In this document: positions 1 to 13,137 of the stretch, piece after piece
Numbering within the stretch: position 1 is the first letter of the stretch
How the letters are laid out: each line of letters begins with the position of its first letter
Source: Felis catus
Lineage: Eukaryota
Direction: 5' to 3'
Assembly: GCF_018350175.1 (NCBI RefSeq)
Contig: NC_058373.1
Span: forward strand, 115,322,001 to 115,386,000
DNA length: 64,000 nucleotides
The notes under the pieces: model-generated
What the model was told of the DNA's origin: nothing
Database searches by the model: none
The model's input: only the letters and a program-made list of their open reading frames with translations
Program-made: the position numbers and the translations under genes

Positions 1-199
1 GCTTTGGAGCCAGCAGATCACGACTTGGGTACATTGACTTTTCAGAGCCATTGTAAGGATAAGTAAGCTCGGATAAGCAACAGGAGTTGCTTCCTTTTCC
101 TTCCTCAACTAGTTAGGAGAAGGACTTTTTGAATCTAGGCCTCTGCAAAATAAGGATAATGTAGTCCTGCAAATTAGCAAACCCGAAAGCAGGCCAAAT

Positions 200-598
200 G
201 GGCATGCGCTCACCGCCCACCTGCAGGTCTTTGTTCTTCCCTCTGCCTAGAATGCACTTCTCGGCAGATCTCTGCAAGGTCAGTCCCTCCCTCCTTCAGA
301 TCCCTGCTCCAACGTCACCCATTGGGGTGGTCTTCTTCCAGCACCCTATCCAAAATAGCAACACCCCCCGCCCACCACTCTCTGTGTCCCTTACCTGCTT
401 TGTCTTCCTTATGGTGCTATCAGTCCCTGACATATAACGTATCAGTTGATTTGTGTGTTACCTATCTTCTGTTATCACATCTTGAGTTTTATGAGAATAG
501 GAACTCATTTGTTTTGTTCACTGTTGTATCCATAGCACTTAGAATAGCTACTGACATATAATAGATGCTCAGTTAGTATTTACTGAGTGAATGGATGA
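200..598 (+). mobile_element. L2 LINE 3' fragment
   Basis: ctctgcctagaatgc..., ending in the L2-like tail tagatgctcagttagtatttactgagtgaatggatg. Confidence 0.7.
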
Positions 599-727
599 GG
601 TAGTGACTGATCACCTCACAGGAAGAGAATACCTGGCCCTAAATATTTGTGGGGTCAAGTTACTTCATAATAAATGCACTGGAAGAGGGTGGCCCTTCTC
701 TCTTTGGGTCCTGACCTGGGGTTCCTA

Positions 728-945
728 GAGCAGAGGTTAGAATCATGGTCTTTGGAGCCAGATGACTCTGGATTCAAATCTTGGCTCCACCCCTCAATAG
801 CGATGTGAACTTGGGGTAATTGCTCAGCACTTCTGAATCTCCCTTTCCTCATCCCAAGATAATAATGGGTGCTACCTCAAAGACCGTGGGGGTGATTTGA
901 GATGTTTGAGACGTGTTTAGGACAATTCTTGGCACAAAGTGTATG
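728..945 (+). mobile_element. MIR SINE
   Basis: ggagccagatgactctggattcaaatcttggctcc head, followed by the MIR core ctttcctcatc...ataat...ctacctca. Confidence 0.75.
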
Positions 946-3900
946 TAGGACAAATGGTGCACCGTTGTCATCATGGTCGTCATCATCTTTATTATTTTGG
1001 GGCCGAGATCCCCCATCACTGAGGGTGGGGCTGCCGGAGGCATGGCGATACCGTGGGCAGAAGGGACAAAAGGGAACGGGGTCTTTTATTTTGAAATTCT
1101 CTCTCCAGCCAATCACACTCAAGGGTGGTAAGCCAAGCCCCCTGTTGCCGCCCTTTATTCCTTTGCTCTCTTACTCCTAAAACTTGCACTGGTTGCCAAT
1201 GGCATAGTCATGTAGATGCAGGACCACGGATTTCTCACAGAGTTCATTCTCTTGAGCTTGAACAGCTGGTGCAGAAGGTCCCCAAATGGTATGTGGGTCA
1301 TTATCACCTTGGCAAGGAATCTGATTCGTATTCAAACGGGAACAGGTTTCTGTCTGAGGCCAGAGTAAATGCCATCCCTTCAAAGAGGCCAAACAGACGA
1401 GTCAGGAACAAATCTGAGTCTTGGTTTTCAGTTTCCCCAGGAGGTTGTTAAATGGGCACACCCTCATTCTCTTACCAGCCACCAAGAGCTGTTCATAGAT
1501 GCGCACGAAGGAGATTGCTTGTTCTGGGGGCTCTCGAACCGTCAGTCCATGCTGACTTTTTCTGGGATAAATGTCAGCATTTATCTACCCATTCCCCCCG
1601 TACTCAACTATATTGTATGATTATATTACATTTATATGTGCACATGGAAACACATGATACACATAGGAACCCTAGTCATCCCCCGCTTTTGGGGAGTTGG
1701 AAACAATGTGGGTTTTGGAATTATCTAGATCTCACCTTCAAATTCTAGTTTTGCCATGTGGTAGCATTGTGACCCAGGTCAAGTCACTCTCTGTAGAAGC
1801 ATAGCTGGTTAGAAGGTCCTAGGGGAAAACCCAGTGTTGCTCCACCTGCGCGAATACCTTCTGCAAATCAACAGGAGCTCTCCTCACCTCTCCGGCAGGA
1901 GAAATGGGGCTGGTTAAGCAAAACCTGGGCTGTGATGCCTTGCGCTGTTTGTGCCTGTTCACAATAATTTATAAACCGTGCTGTGTAACTAATACCTACC
2001 CTCACAAGGTAATCAGGAAGCCGAAAGATTCCGGCAAAAAACTGAGTTTTCACGATAGTATTGATAACATACCCTAAAGTAATCGAATATTGTTTTTCAA
2101 GCAAAAGCAGTAACAGTGGCCGAACTGATACTTCTCTCATTTTTCTTATGGGTTGTACTTTTCAGCCGGCCACATTACAAGGTGAAAACAATGATCTGGC
2201 AAGAAATCAGTGACGAAAGCAAACGGAGATTCTCTTGGAGTCTACTTAAAATATGAATTGCTAGCAACTCTCAGGGAGAGTCTTGTCCTAAGTAAATATT
2301 TTGCCTTCCAGTATTAGCGAGTGATCAATTGAAGCCGTCGTGGTGAGTAAAACATAAAAATATCAGTTATTTCGTGTTTCTCTTTAACATATTCTATGCG
2401 CTGTGTACATAATGTATCAGCACAAAAGGGTATATTGTAACTAGATACGTAAATATATATAGTGGGGATGCATACTTATAATGTTTTTACCCATAGAGGC
2501 ATTCAATATAAAAAGTTAAGAGCCCGCCCATGCTCTTCTGGTTGTGTAGATGAAGCAAGGGAGGGCAGAGGACTAAAGGCATGTTTTCCGGGTCTTCCTG
2601 GGAGCTAGTCCTGAGGCACAGGCGCTGGGAAGCCGGTGTCCAGAACTTTTTAGCTGTATGGGATTTTGTTGTTGTTGCTAAGGATATAGATATGGCACTT
2701 GCCAGCCATTTACTATGCATCATGGAAACAGCTTAGATTGTTTTCTTTTCCTCTGTAGTTTAGCTGTATCTGTGGAAAAAAAAAATGGGGTGGCAGTGCC
2801 GAGGCCCAGACTGTGTCCAGGAAATGTCAGTCACCTCAAGAAGGAGGGCCTTAAATGGCAACACTTGCACCCTAATAACCAATAGACTAATTATACTTAA
2901 TTCACGTCTATTAAAGATTGTGGATGTGAACCCTGTAAGTCTCTTAGTAGGTAGTGTATATTCTAGAACCCGATAAAATGGAGTTTCTTGAGAAACGTCT
3001 CGTTCACCAGGTGTTTGGTAATATTCCGATCATCGGGGCTGTAAGTGATGAGGTTGCTCTTCCAGCAGTTGGGGAAGGAAGAGAAAATTAATTGTAACTG
3101 GAGCTCCGAAAGTGCTGGGCCCCGAGCGGAAGAGCTGGCAGGGAGGGAGAAGGGGAGTAACGGGTGGGAAGAGAGCACAGAGAGGGGGAGAGGAGAGGCA
3201 AAGTGAGTCTCGAGTCTCCGAAGAGTCGGAAGGAGAAGGAGAAGGGGTGAGTGGAAGGGGTGGTGAGGAGCACCCTGGGGAGAAAGGGCCACGGGCGCAT
3301 TACACTCCCTGCTCCTATTAAATCCAATTAAAGTGTTGAAAATCAGATCACATGTGAGGCTTTGAACATGAATTTTTCATTACAGCGTTGGGTGGGGGTG
3401 GGGACGGGGAGGCGGGGAGGAAGAAGCAGGGGCAGGGAAAGCACCAATAGTCCCCACGGGGGGGATGGGAAGCCTCTTCCGTCTCCAGGACACTCAGGGC
3501 CCAGGCCTGTTTCTCTGGCCTCCTCCCTCAAGTACCTTCTGCCCTGTTTTCATTTCCTTTAACCCCACATAACCCCATTCTCCGGGTAGGGCACTTGGCA
3601 GCTAGGGTCAGAAGGAGGGGGGTGGTCACCAGAGGCTCCCTGCTGGGGTCTCAGAAAGGACACCCCTGCCGTGTCCCCCACGCCCTGCCTTGACGCTGCT
3701 GATGACGACACGGCTCCAAAGGCAAAGGAGAGAGGGGTAAGATACGAGCACCCAATACCACGTACTTGACTGCCATTTGCTTCGGGACTTGGTGTGAGAA
3801 AAATTGCTCAGGAGCCCTGAGCAGTCAGAAAGATCCCCTTCTGATCCCAAGAAAATGTCACAGGGAAGAGATAAGGTTTGCTCAGGTGGGAAGGGCAGCT

Positions 3901-5234
3901 CTCGTGCCCTGCACTCCCTTCCTTGATCAGTGCACCTGCCGTTCTTTATTCATTCGACCAGAACTACTTATGGAGCCCCAGCTTGGTGCCTGGCTCTGTT
4001 CTAGCTAGTGTGTCTCCAGCCCAGAGCTAATGAATTCTGCTGGGTGACACAGAAAATAAACAAGGGAGCAAACACATGCTTTCAGGTCGCACGTTTTATC
4101 TGGTTTTCGTCCCGGTTATAGCCTCCGGATGGAAAGCATGGCCACGCTCTGGCAAAGGGCCCCGGGTCCCCCATCACCTGGTGGAGCTGGGATGAAAACC
4201 CAGACTATGTCTCCTTGTGGTTCCTCCTCCCCCTCTGCCCTTGGACATCTTGCCAAGTGAAGTTCGACGTGGAGTAAATAAATCTGGTTAAGTTCAAAGA
4301 GAAAGTCAAGATGGCGGAAGGCATGTTGGGCCACGTTCAGTACAGTGCTGATCTTTTCCCGTGGACTTGCCTTTGACCCCTCTCTTGTGTGACTGCGGGA
4401 AGGACCAGAGGCATGGCTGGGGTGAACGGGGATCCAGGTGGGCAAGGAGGGTTCTCTCCTTGAACTCCGCTCTCAGGGCTCAGTTCCCCTCCTGCACAGG
4501 GGGCCCTCCCTTGAGCCTGGGGTTTAATCTCCGCCAGGCCTCTGCACCGCTGGGCCTGCTGGTGTGTGGTCTGTCACACGGATATGCCTCAGCAGCTGGA
4601 AATACTGAGGAGGGAAGGGGGTACCTCGAGCATAAAACCCTGGCACTTCTCAAAACAAAACGAATGACTCCAGCTTTTAATCAGTTTAGGGCTGAGGCAG
4701 GAGAATCGTGTTTGGTTTTTCCAGAGACAAAGCCCTTTTTAGGTCTCTGCTTTCAGAGGAATCTTCGACTGCGCTTTATGCAAATGGCCACGGCAGCCGG
4801 GGCAGGAGGTGCTGGGGCTCAGCCAGGCCTGGGGGAAAGACCAGACCCTCTGGGTGCAGGATGGTGATTTGGCTTTTATCAACCGGACCTCTGTCTGCAG
4901 TGGGCCTTAGTATGGCTTACCCCCCTCTCCGGCTCTCAGAAGCCAGAACCACAGCTTTTTGGGACTGTGGCTTGCTGGGTGGGCTCCTTCAAAAGTGGGC
5001 CTGCAAATGTAAGTTTTAAAAATTAATTTCTATGTTAAGACAGTTAAGGGAGCTTGCTATTTCTAGGACCTCAACTGTGAAAGAATAAATTTGCAAAGCA
5101 AAGAATCCTGTCCCATCCTCTGCTCCCCAACAGTTGTCCTGACCAGATTTTTAGCTACCAGGATACTCTAGAATCCATAATCATCTTAAAAGCGACTTAG
5201 TATAAAGACTGAAGGCTGAGCCATGCCTCTGGCA

Positions 5235-5448
5235 TAGGGTTGCTAGATTTGGCAGATGAAAATACAGGACACCTAATTGAATTTGAATTTCAGACCAACA
5301 GTGAATAAATTTTTAGCATAAGTATGTCCCACGCAATAAATCAGGGTTATGTGGTATTTGGGACACACTTACTACAAAAAAATGATTCATCGTTTATCTG
5401 ACATTCCAATTCTAACAGGGCACTCTGTGGTTTTTTCTGGCAAGCCTG
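5235..5448. mobile_element. MER53-like palindromic hAT MITE (uninterrupted)
   Basis: TAGGGTTGCTAGA...TCTGGCAAGCCTG termini; self-complementary arms around ataagtatgtccc / gggacacacttac. Confidence 0.8.
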
Positions 5449-5809
5449 CTGTGGCCCTCTTTCATACGAGCCCCTGAAGATTCTTTTCTCTGTTGGTTTC
5501 TTCTAGGTCCTTCTCTTTTTTGTCCTGGGACGCTTTGGGCACTCAGGTCTCCCTGGGCCCTGTGGTCCTTCTGCTTTTCTGTCAGGTCAGGATCCCCTCA
5601 TATCTCACTGGGAGGTTCCTCATCTGCTCTCCCTCATTCAGTCCTACTTGTAGGTCCCGAGTTCGTCAAGACTCAGCCACTGGTTCTGGGGACTAAAGCC
5701 AACGATAGCGACGTCAACGATGGTAACACGCTCTTCGCCAGGCACTGCCCGCGGCTCTGCCGATGTTGATCCATTCAGCCCTCGCAACGAGACTACCGGG
5801 AAGGCACTT

Positions 5810-6300
5810 TTTTTGGGTGGCAAAATACAGACAACATAGAAATTACCATTTTAACTCTTTGTAGGTTATACAGTTCGGCATTAAGTTTGTTCACCCTATA
5901 GTGTAACTATCACCATCATTTATTTCCAAAACTCAAAACTTTCCAAGCAAAAACTCCAAAACCATCAAGCACAGCCTCCCCCTTCCTCGCCCCCTCCAGC
6001 TCCTGGGAACCAGCATTCTCCTTCCCGTGTCTGTGAATTTGACTACTCTAGTTACCTCATAGAAGTGGGATCTTGTAATATCTGCCCTTTGTGTGGGGCC
6101 TCTTTCGCCTAGCGTCATGTCTTCAAGCTTTATCTATGTGGCAGCATGCGTCAGAACCTCTCTTCCACAGCAGCCACACCATGTTATATCCCCACCAGGC
6201 ATGCGCCAGGGTTTAATTTCTCCACAGGCTTGTTGACACTTATTTTTGGATTTTTTGTGGTCGTTGTTGTTTAATAACAGCCATCCCAATGGGTGTGAAG
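5810..6300 (-). mobile_element. Old L1 (L1MB-like) 3' fragment splitting a MIR (MIR pieces ~5730-5800 and ~6320-6450)
   Basis: aaattaccattttaac...gtgaatttgactactcta...ctcatagaagtggga..., typical antisense L1M 3' UTR. Confidence 0.7.
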
Positions 6301-7819
6301 GAGGAAGGCACGTTGAATTAGCTTCTCGCAAGTGAGAAAGCTGAGGCCCAGAGAGGGCGGGTGGCTTGTCCGTGGTCAGCCAGCAAGTCACAGAGATGGA
6401 ATTTGAATCAAAGTCTGTCTAACTCCCAGGTTGAAACTCTTAACTGGGATGTTGTATTTTCTGCCTCTAATCCATGCATCCAAATGCAAGTTGTTCTGTC
6501 TTCGCACAGATGTCTAATGGTGCAAGACATCTGGTAAAGGCACAGACGTCGGAATGAAGTACGTCCAAGGACTTTTACATGGCCTTATTAAAAATACACT
6601 TCTCCCATGGGAACATAGCAATAGAAAATAATTTCTCTTAATTTGCATTTCATCCTAGTTAATTTTAAAGTGATTTATTCAATTTGGCTCACCCGTAGTC
6701 GCTTACCTCGATGTCATCTGGCCATTTATTTATTTATTTATTTATTTTTAATTTATTTATTTAATTAATTTATTTTTTTTCATCTGGCCATTTAAATGGT
6801 CAAACTAACAAGTGTGATCGAGCATGAATTTTGACCTGGTGGGAGAGGGTAGAGAAGCCAGATAAATAGAAGCTAAGGGCCCCGACCTCAAAGTGTCTGT
6901 GGTCTAAATGGTCAGAGAGTTGTGGCTTTCTGAGGGGCATTGTCCAGCAGCACAGACACAGGACCCCAGGCAGCAGCGGGTTGTTGGGAGGACAAAATTC
7001 AGAAGGGGTAGGCCAATGGCAGTGCCCCTGTGGGCAGTGGAGGGTGTCTTTGGCTGGATGTGAAGCCCCGTGTGCCTCTGTGCCGTGCCCCTGAGGGAAC
7101 GGGGTTGTGTTTGCTGTTGCCTTCTCAGACACAGATCGTTCCCAAGGACCACTTTGTCCAGAGGCTAGAGCCCTCGGGCCATACCGTTAACCTTGAACCT
7201 AGGTCCCATGGACCCCATCTGGCTCCTGCCTTGGGTGCCAGCCGGACCCTTAGACTGTCTCACAGGAGCAGCTCCAACTAGTTGCCTAGTTCTTATAGCC
7301 TAGTGGTGAAGAACGTGGCTTGTGGGGTTAGACACGTTCGGGTTTGGAAACAACTTTGCCACTGGGGTCTGTTTAACCCCAGGGTAGTGCCGTAGCCTCT
7401 CCACATTCAGTTTCCTGATCTGAAAAACGGGGAAAATATTGGGGACAATAAGTTTGTCGTGAGGACGAAATGAGTTGTGTTTATAAAATGGTTCGTATGT
7501 TGTGAATGCTCAATAAATGTTAGCCATGCAAATACATACATATATAGGGCTTGTGGGAAAAAAAAAACCCACTGGGTTCATGTTTATGTCTTCTTGTTGG
7601 CCGGTTTTGTCAGTTTGGTTACATCACCGCCGTTGACCTCTGCGGGAGGTGGTCAGCTGACATGCTGGAAAGAAGGTGGTCTAGGTGAGGATGTGGTCTG
7701 AATTCTGAACATTTCAGTTGGGCCGGGGGTTCCTGATGTGGGGCCATGGGAGTGAGGGGCATGAAAACATTGGACATCTGTGTGGTGAGAAGGGAGAGGG
7801 GATTGGATTGGCTCTTGAC

Positions 7820-8012
7820 ATTTCCTTTTCTTTTCTTTCTTTTTTTTTGAGAGAGAGGGTGCAAGTGAGTGAGGGAGAGAGAGAGAGAGAGAGAAGTTGG
7901 GCTTACCCAAAGCGGGACTCAAGCTCCCGGCATGCGTGGCTCAAACTCATGAACTGTGAAATCATGACCTGATCTGAAGTCGATGCTTAATGACCGAGCC
8001 ACCCAGGTACCC
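7820..8012 (-). mobile_element. CAN-SINE
   Basis: T-rich tail, (GA)n tract, ...gagccacccaggtaccc head on the minus strand. Confidence 0.85.
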
Positions 8013-8399
8013 GGATCTTTCCTTTTTCTGTTTGAAACAGCACCTTCCCCTTGCCACGGATACAAAGCTCATTAGAGAAAAAATAGCAAATACACATAAC
8101 TAGGCATCTGCGGGCAGGAGAATGGTGTGATGGGGCTAGTGAGTGATGGCACTACAGCTTGGGAAAATCAAATGGCAACACAGATTCCGCGGATGCAGTG
8201 ACTGCAGAGCTGAAGGAGAGTGGCGGGGATTGGAGGTGGGTGGTGGGATTTTGAGCCTGCAGGGCCGGGCGTCTGGAGGCAGTGTGGATAGCTGCCCGGG
8301 CGTGGGCCCGAGGTGGGTGAACAGAAGCCCCGGAGTTAGTGACGCTTCAGTTAAAGAAAAAGTGGGAGGGGATCAGAGGGGAAATGAGGTGTGTGGGAA

Positions 8400-8866
8400 T
8401 GCGGTAGGCTCAGTGCTACTGACCCCTGAAGATATCCACATCCGAATCCCCGAAACCTGTGAATATGTTGCTTTCGATGGCAAGAGGGACTTTGCAGATA
8501 TGATTAAATACATGTCTTGAGATAGATTATTCTGGATTATCCGCTGGGCTGCATGGAATCGCAGGAGGCCTCACGCGAGGAGGTGGGAAGCGTCGGATCA
8601 GAGAGAGATGGGAAGATGCTATACTGCCGGTGTGGCGTTCCAGACGGAGGGTGGGGCCACAGGCCAGGGAATGCAGGCGGCCACCGGAAAAAGGCCAGGA
8701 AGCAGACTCTTCCCCAGAGCCTCCAGAAGGAATGCAGCCCTGAGGAGACTTTGGTTTTAGCTCCTTGAGACTCCTTTTGCACTTCTGAGCTCCATACTCG
8801 ACAGACAGTAAATCTGGGTTGTGTTTAAGCACTGTGGTGATTTGTTACAGCAGCGATAGGAAACTG
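8400..8866 (+). mobile_element. MLT1 (MLT1D-like) ERVL-MaLR solo LTR
   Basis: gggactttgcagatatgattaa...cccagagcctccagaaggaatgcagccc...tttgttacagcagcgataggaaact. Confidence 0.8.
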
Positions 8867-10302
8867 GTCCAGGAAGGGGACAAATGTACGGAACGGTGCC
8901 CAGGCATGGTGCACGGGTTCTGCTAGACAGCTGGCATGCACATCTTAGTACAGCCTGGAGTGTGGAGAGCATGTTCGAGGCTGTGCCGCACAGGCCTACA
9001 CCTGCTGGAAATGGATGCAAGTCTCCAGGGCCGGTGCTCCCCTTTCTCCTCATTGTGCATCAGGCATCCCTTGGTGCTTGTGACCTTTCCATGGAGGACT
9101 CACATCTGCCTCTTTTATGTCTCTCCGTGGCTGATAGTGACCAAGCTGCCAGGATAGCTAGGACCAACCTCGGTGAAGAGGGTAAGTTCTAGATGCCCAC
9201 ATTGGTCAAGTCCCCAGAATGCCACCGTGGGAGGTTGCCCATACCGCTGTGAGGTGGCTTACGGACAGGAAATGCCTGCGTCCTTTCAGCAGCCAGACAG
9301 AGGGGACACAGTAGCTGAGCTGGTGAAGGAATCCTCTAAGGTGGGAGGCAGAGCCGGGGTGGGGTTGGGGGGGGGGTGGGCGAATCCTCTGATCTTGGGG
9401 CTGTTGCAGGTACTGAAATGCCTCAAGGGATGGTGCTTGCCCCCCACCCCCAGCCACAGGACTGAGCGGGCCTCGCCCAGGTCTGAGCCCCAGGGTCCCA
9501 GCTCTCCAGGTTCCCAACTCACCCCTGCAGCCACTCTGTGGGTGCCGCAGCTCCAGGAGGACTCCAGCCTCCCACTGCCCAGAGGTAGAACCGATCCCTC
9601 TGTCTCCCGGGTGACCAGACTCCTCTAAAGGAGCAGAGCTCACAGCACAAGAAAGGGCTTGTTTTACTCTTTCTCCCAGGACACCGGTGCCTACTGACCC
9701 TTCATTTACATGACTAAAGGGACTCACATGGCTTCTCCAAAATAAGGCCATCTGCTGGAGGCCAGTGTCTGCCCCAGCCTGTACCCCAAGGGAGCTGGCA
9801 AATTATCTTGCTAAAGAAGATGAAAACCACAGAGCATTCTACTACAACTCATGGTTTCATTCATTCCTCACAGCAACTCTGTGAAGGGTCCATACCCCTC
9901 TTTCCTCTTCCGTGGCGGTGGTGGCGGGAATGGCTACAGAGGTCTGGATTGGAATCCAAGTCTCCTGTCTCCACGCCCAGGGCTGGTCCACTGCCCCAGG
10001 ATGTTTCTTAAATGAGATCAGACTGTCCATCTGCCACCCCTGGGAGCCTATTCCAACTTTTTGTCAAACGGATAAAGCATTTCTGATGGTTTTAGACAGC
10101 TTCTTATTCTAATGACCTCTAAAGGCATTTCTCCTAAACTGCAATCTGCCATCATTAGCCACTCTCCTCGCTGTTTGGCTTGCTTGCATCAGCCCACTTT
10201 TCTCGTTCTGTGTAGATAGCACCCGGGTTCTGGTAGAGCAAGGATAGCGCTACCAATGAGTTTTGGAGCTGCGGCTGCTCTATAGTGATGTGGTTTCACC
10301 TC

Positions 10303-10760
10303 GTGTCCTGGCTTAGGTTCTCTCAATGGCAGAGTCTGAGACAAGGAATTTTGGTCGAGTAGTTTGTTTGGAGGTGATCCAAGGAAGCACAATCAGGGAA
10401 TGTGGACGTGCAACAGGGAAGGGAGAAATGCCAGCTAATGGTTCATTAACGAGAGGGCTACTGCTGTGGGCAGCTGGGACTTAATCCTGTGGGGGACCCA
10501 CTGAGAGACTGTGGAGCACGCCTCAGAGTTGTCTTGCTGGGCGGTAAGGAAGTTGAGGAATGTGCTCACTAATTCTGGGTCTCCGTTGGGTGAGGGTTGC
10601 TCCTGGGGGGATTACCTCCCAAGGCACTTCTGGCTGCCCTCTGCATCGGATGAGCAGGCACCTGCAGCCAGAGGAAGTCCTCAGGCAGAGAGAAGAGGCA
10701 CCTGCAAGGAGACTTCTAGGCTGGAAGGATGGGGGTGGGGCATGAGGAGTGCCTGTTTGG
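10303..10760 (-). mobile_element. ERVL-type solo LTR (LTR16/LTR33-like)
   Basis: cagagtctgagacaagga...gtagtttgtttggaggtgatccaaggaagcac...actgctgtgggcagctgg. Confidence 0.55.
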
Positions 10761-11839
10761 GTCACTTCAGGGGTGCTACTTCTCCCAAATCCCCTAGATG
10801 ACTTGTGTCAATCCCGCCTGGGGTCAATAGGACCCAATTTTAGTTGATTTTAAAAAGCACTTGTACCTTTTGCAAAGCGTCGACATTCCTTGGTTTTTAG
10901 TCTTTTTTCAGATGTCTTCCAAAACACAAAGATAAAATTTACCTTTTTTTCCATAGAGACCAAAACTCATTCTATCTTGCAATTATGATATGGGTGCCCT
11001 GGAACCCTCTTATAAATGTAAGATACATTACGAGCTCTTAGTGATCCCAGTTTTTCCTATGTCTTGAAACATTTATTTTGTCATCCTAGGAATTATTTCA
11101 TCATTGCTCATCATTTATCCCCAACTATGCTGAAAAAGACTAAAATAAGAAAGCTGAAGAGTGGCGGAATTACCTAGAAGGAGAAGGTAGCAGTGTCATT
11201 GATCACTGGTATTTTATCATCCTTTGGTTTTCTTAATTCATTGCCTAAAGTATTATATCGTTTTCCAAGATGATGTACAGGAGGAGGTACCATCTTTGTG
11301 ATGTGCTTTTAGTTTCATTGCATATAAATGAAAATTCTGGATTTTTAGGTTTTCCATCGTTAGTGGCAAAGAGAAGTAAGTTGGTAAAGAGGTTTCACGG
11401 TTCCTACATAAATCAGAACATGAATGAAAAGAGGTGCTAGCACTCCAGAATATAAGCAAATGACGATGGTGAAATTGATTATGTAAGAGAAATCTTAGCC
11501 TAGGAATCTTTGGACAATGAGATCTTGGTGGATTTTTCTCCAACTTAGTTATCAATGAATTAAGAATATGTTTTTTAAAGACAAAGGGGAAATATATTTT
11601 CATTCAGTTAATCACTCAGTAAGATGGGCTTGATTATACAATATTTACCGAGAAGAGCCTGCACCTTCCTGTTTTGCTAAAAAAAAAAAAGGCTGACAAT
11701 ATTCTTTAAACATTTAGATTCTTTGCGCACCAACATGTATTTGAGGTGGTTTGAGTGGATAGACTTTGAAGAGAGGTATAGGTGCAAAGAGGAAATACAC
11801 GGTGAAGAAATGGAAATATTAACTGGGTTGAAGATTTTA

Positions 11840-12068
11840 TCTTTATTTTTTCCTTTTTTTAAAAAGAACGTTTATTCATCTTTGAGAGGCAGAGACAGAG
11901 CATGAGCAGGGGAGGGGCAGAGAGAGAGGGAGACACAGAGTCTGAAGGAGGCTCCAGGCTCTGAGCCGTCAGCACACAGCTCAACGCCCGGCTTGAGCTC
12001 ACAGACCATGAGACCATGACCTGAGCCAAAGTCGGATGCCCAAATGACTGAGCCACCCAGGCGCCCCA
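11840..12068 (-). mobile_element. CAN-SINE inserted in the piggyBac transposase relic
   Basis: Full SINE body; TSD TGAAGATTT at 11829-11837 and 12069-12077. Confidence 0.9.
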
Positions 12069-12472
12069 TGAAGATTTCAAATTATGTTTGTAAATCTGGA
12101 AATGAAAATGTTTTGCAATTGTGGACCAAAGAAGATGGCCATACTCTCGTCAACAAAATTATGACCCACCAAAAGCGGCACCACTTTCAAAAGGGTTGCG
12201 TTTGTGAAGAAGGACCAAAAGGAATAATAAGCTAGGTCATTCAGAGATACTTTTGAAATCTGGAATCACTGTTTGCATGATGAATATGTTCCAAGCTCAT
12301 GACGTTTGACGTGTGGAAGTTTTTAGTCACTTCAGTGTGTTACTTTTAAAACTAGGAAAATACGAAATAAAATTTTGTAGTATTTAAGTTCTTACTAACA
12401 TTTCTAACAAAGTTAGAAACAACAACTAACAAACTAACAAACAAACAACAACTAACAAAGTTTTTAGCTACC

Positions 12473-13137
12473 TGTGGTAGCCAGCCTCCAAGATGGCTTC
12501 CATGGATCCCTGCCTGCTGGTATTCACACCCCTGTGTCGTTCCTTCCTACATTGTTCCAGGGTTGATCCATGTGACGCATAGAATATGGCAGAAGTGATG
12601 GTATGTCACTACTGAGACTAGGTTATAAAAGACTGTAGCTTCCATTTTGGGCTCTTGTTCTGATCACTTGCTCCCGGGGAAGCCAGATATCCCACTGTGA
12701 GGACCCATGTGGAGAAGAAGGAACATATCTGGCCTATAGCCAGTGAGGAACAGAAGCTTGCTAACAGAGAGTGAGCTAGACAGTGGGTCTTCTAGCCCTA
12801 GATAATTATAGTCCTGGCTAATAGGTTGACTACAACCAGAACTGGTTATATAATTTATAGGGCCAGTGCAAAATGAAAATGGGGGGCTCCCTGATCAAAA
12901 ATTATTAAAAATTTCAAGATGGCGATGACTATGAAGCATGGGACTTTTCATGATTGTACAGGTCAGATGCCTATGAAGCTGGCTAACCCTGACTGCAACG
13001 TCCTGAGAAACCCTGAGCCAGAACCACCCAGCTAAGCCACTCCCAGATTCCTGACCCACAGCAACTCTAAGATAATGTTTGTTGTTTAAGCTAAGTTTGG
13101 GGAGTAATTTGTCATGTAGCACTAGTTAACTAATACA
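12473..13137 (+). mobile_element. MLT1E/F-like MaLR solo LTR
   Basis: TGTGGTAGCCAGCCTCCAAGATGG start; ...gtagcactagttaactaataca end. Confidence 0.8.
12837..12991 (-). mobile_element. MER45A-like hAT-Tip100 MITE nested in the MLT1 LTR
   Basis: gggccagtgcaaaatgaaaat...aaaaattattaaaaatttcaagatggcga; 8-bp TSD ACTACAAC (12829-12836) / ACTGCAAC (12992-12999). Confidence 0.75.
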
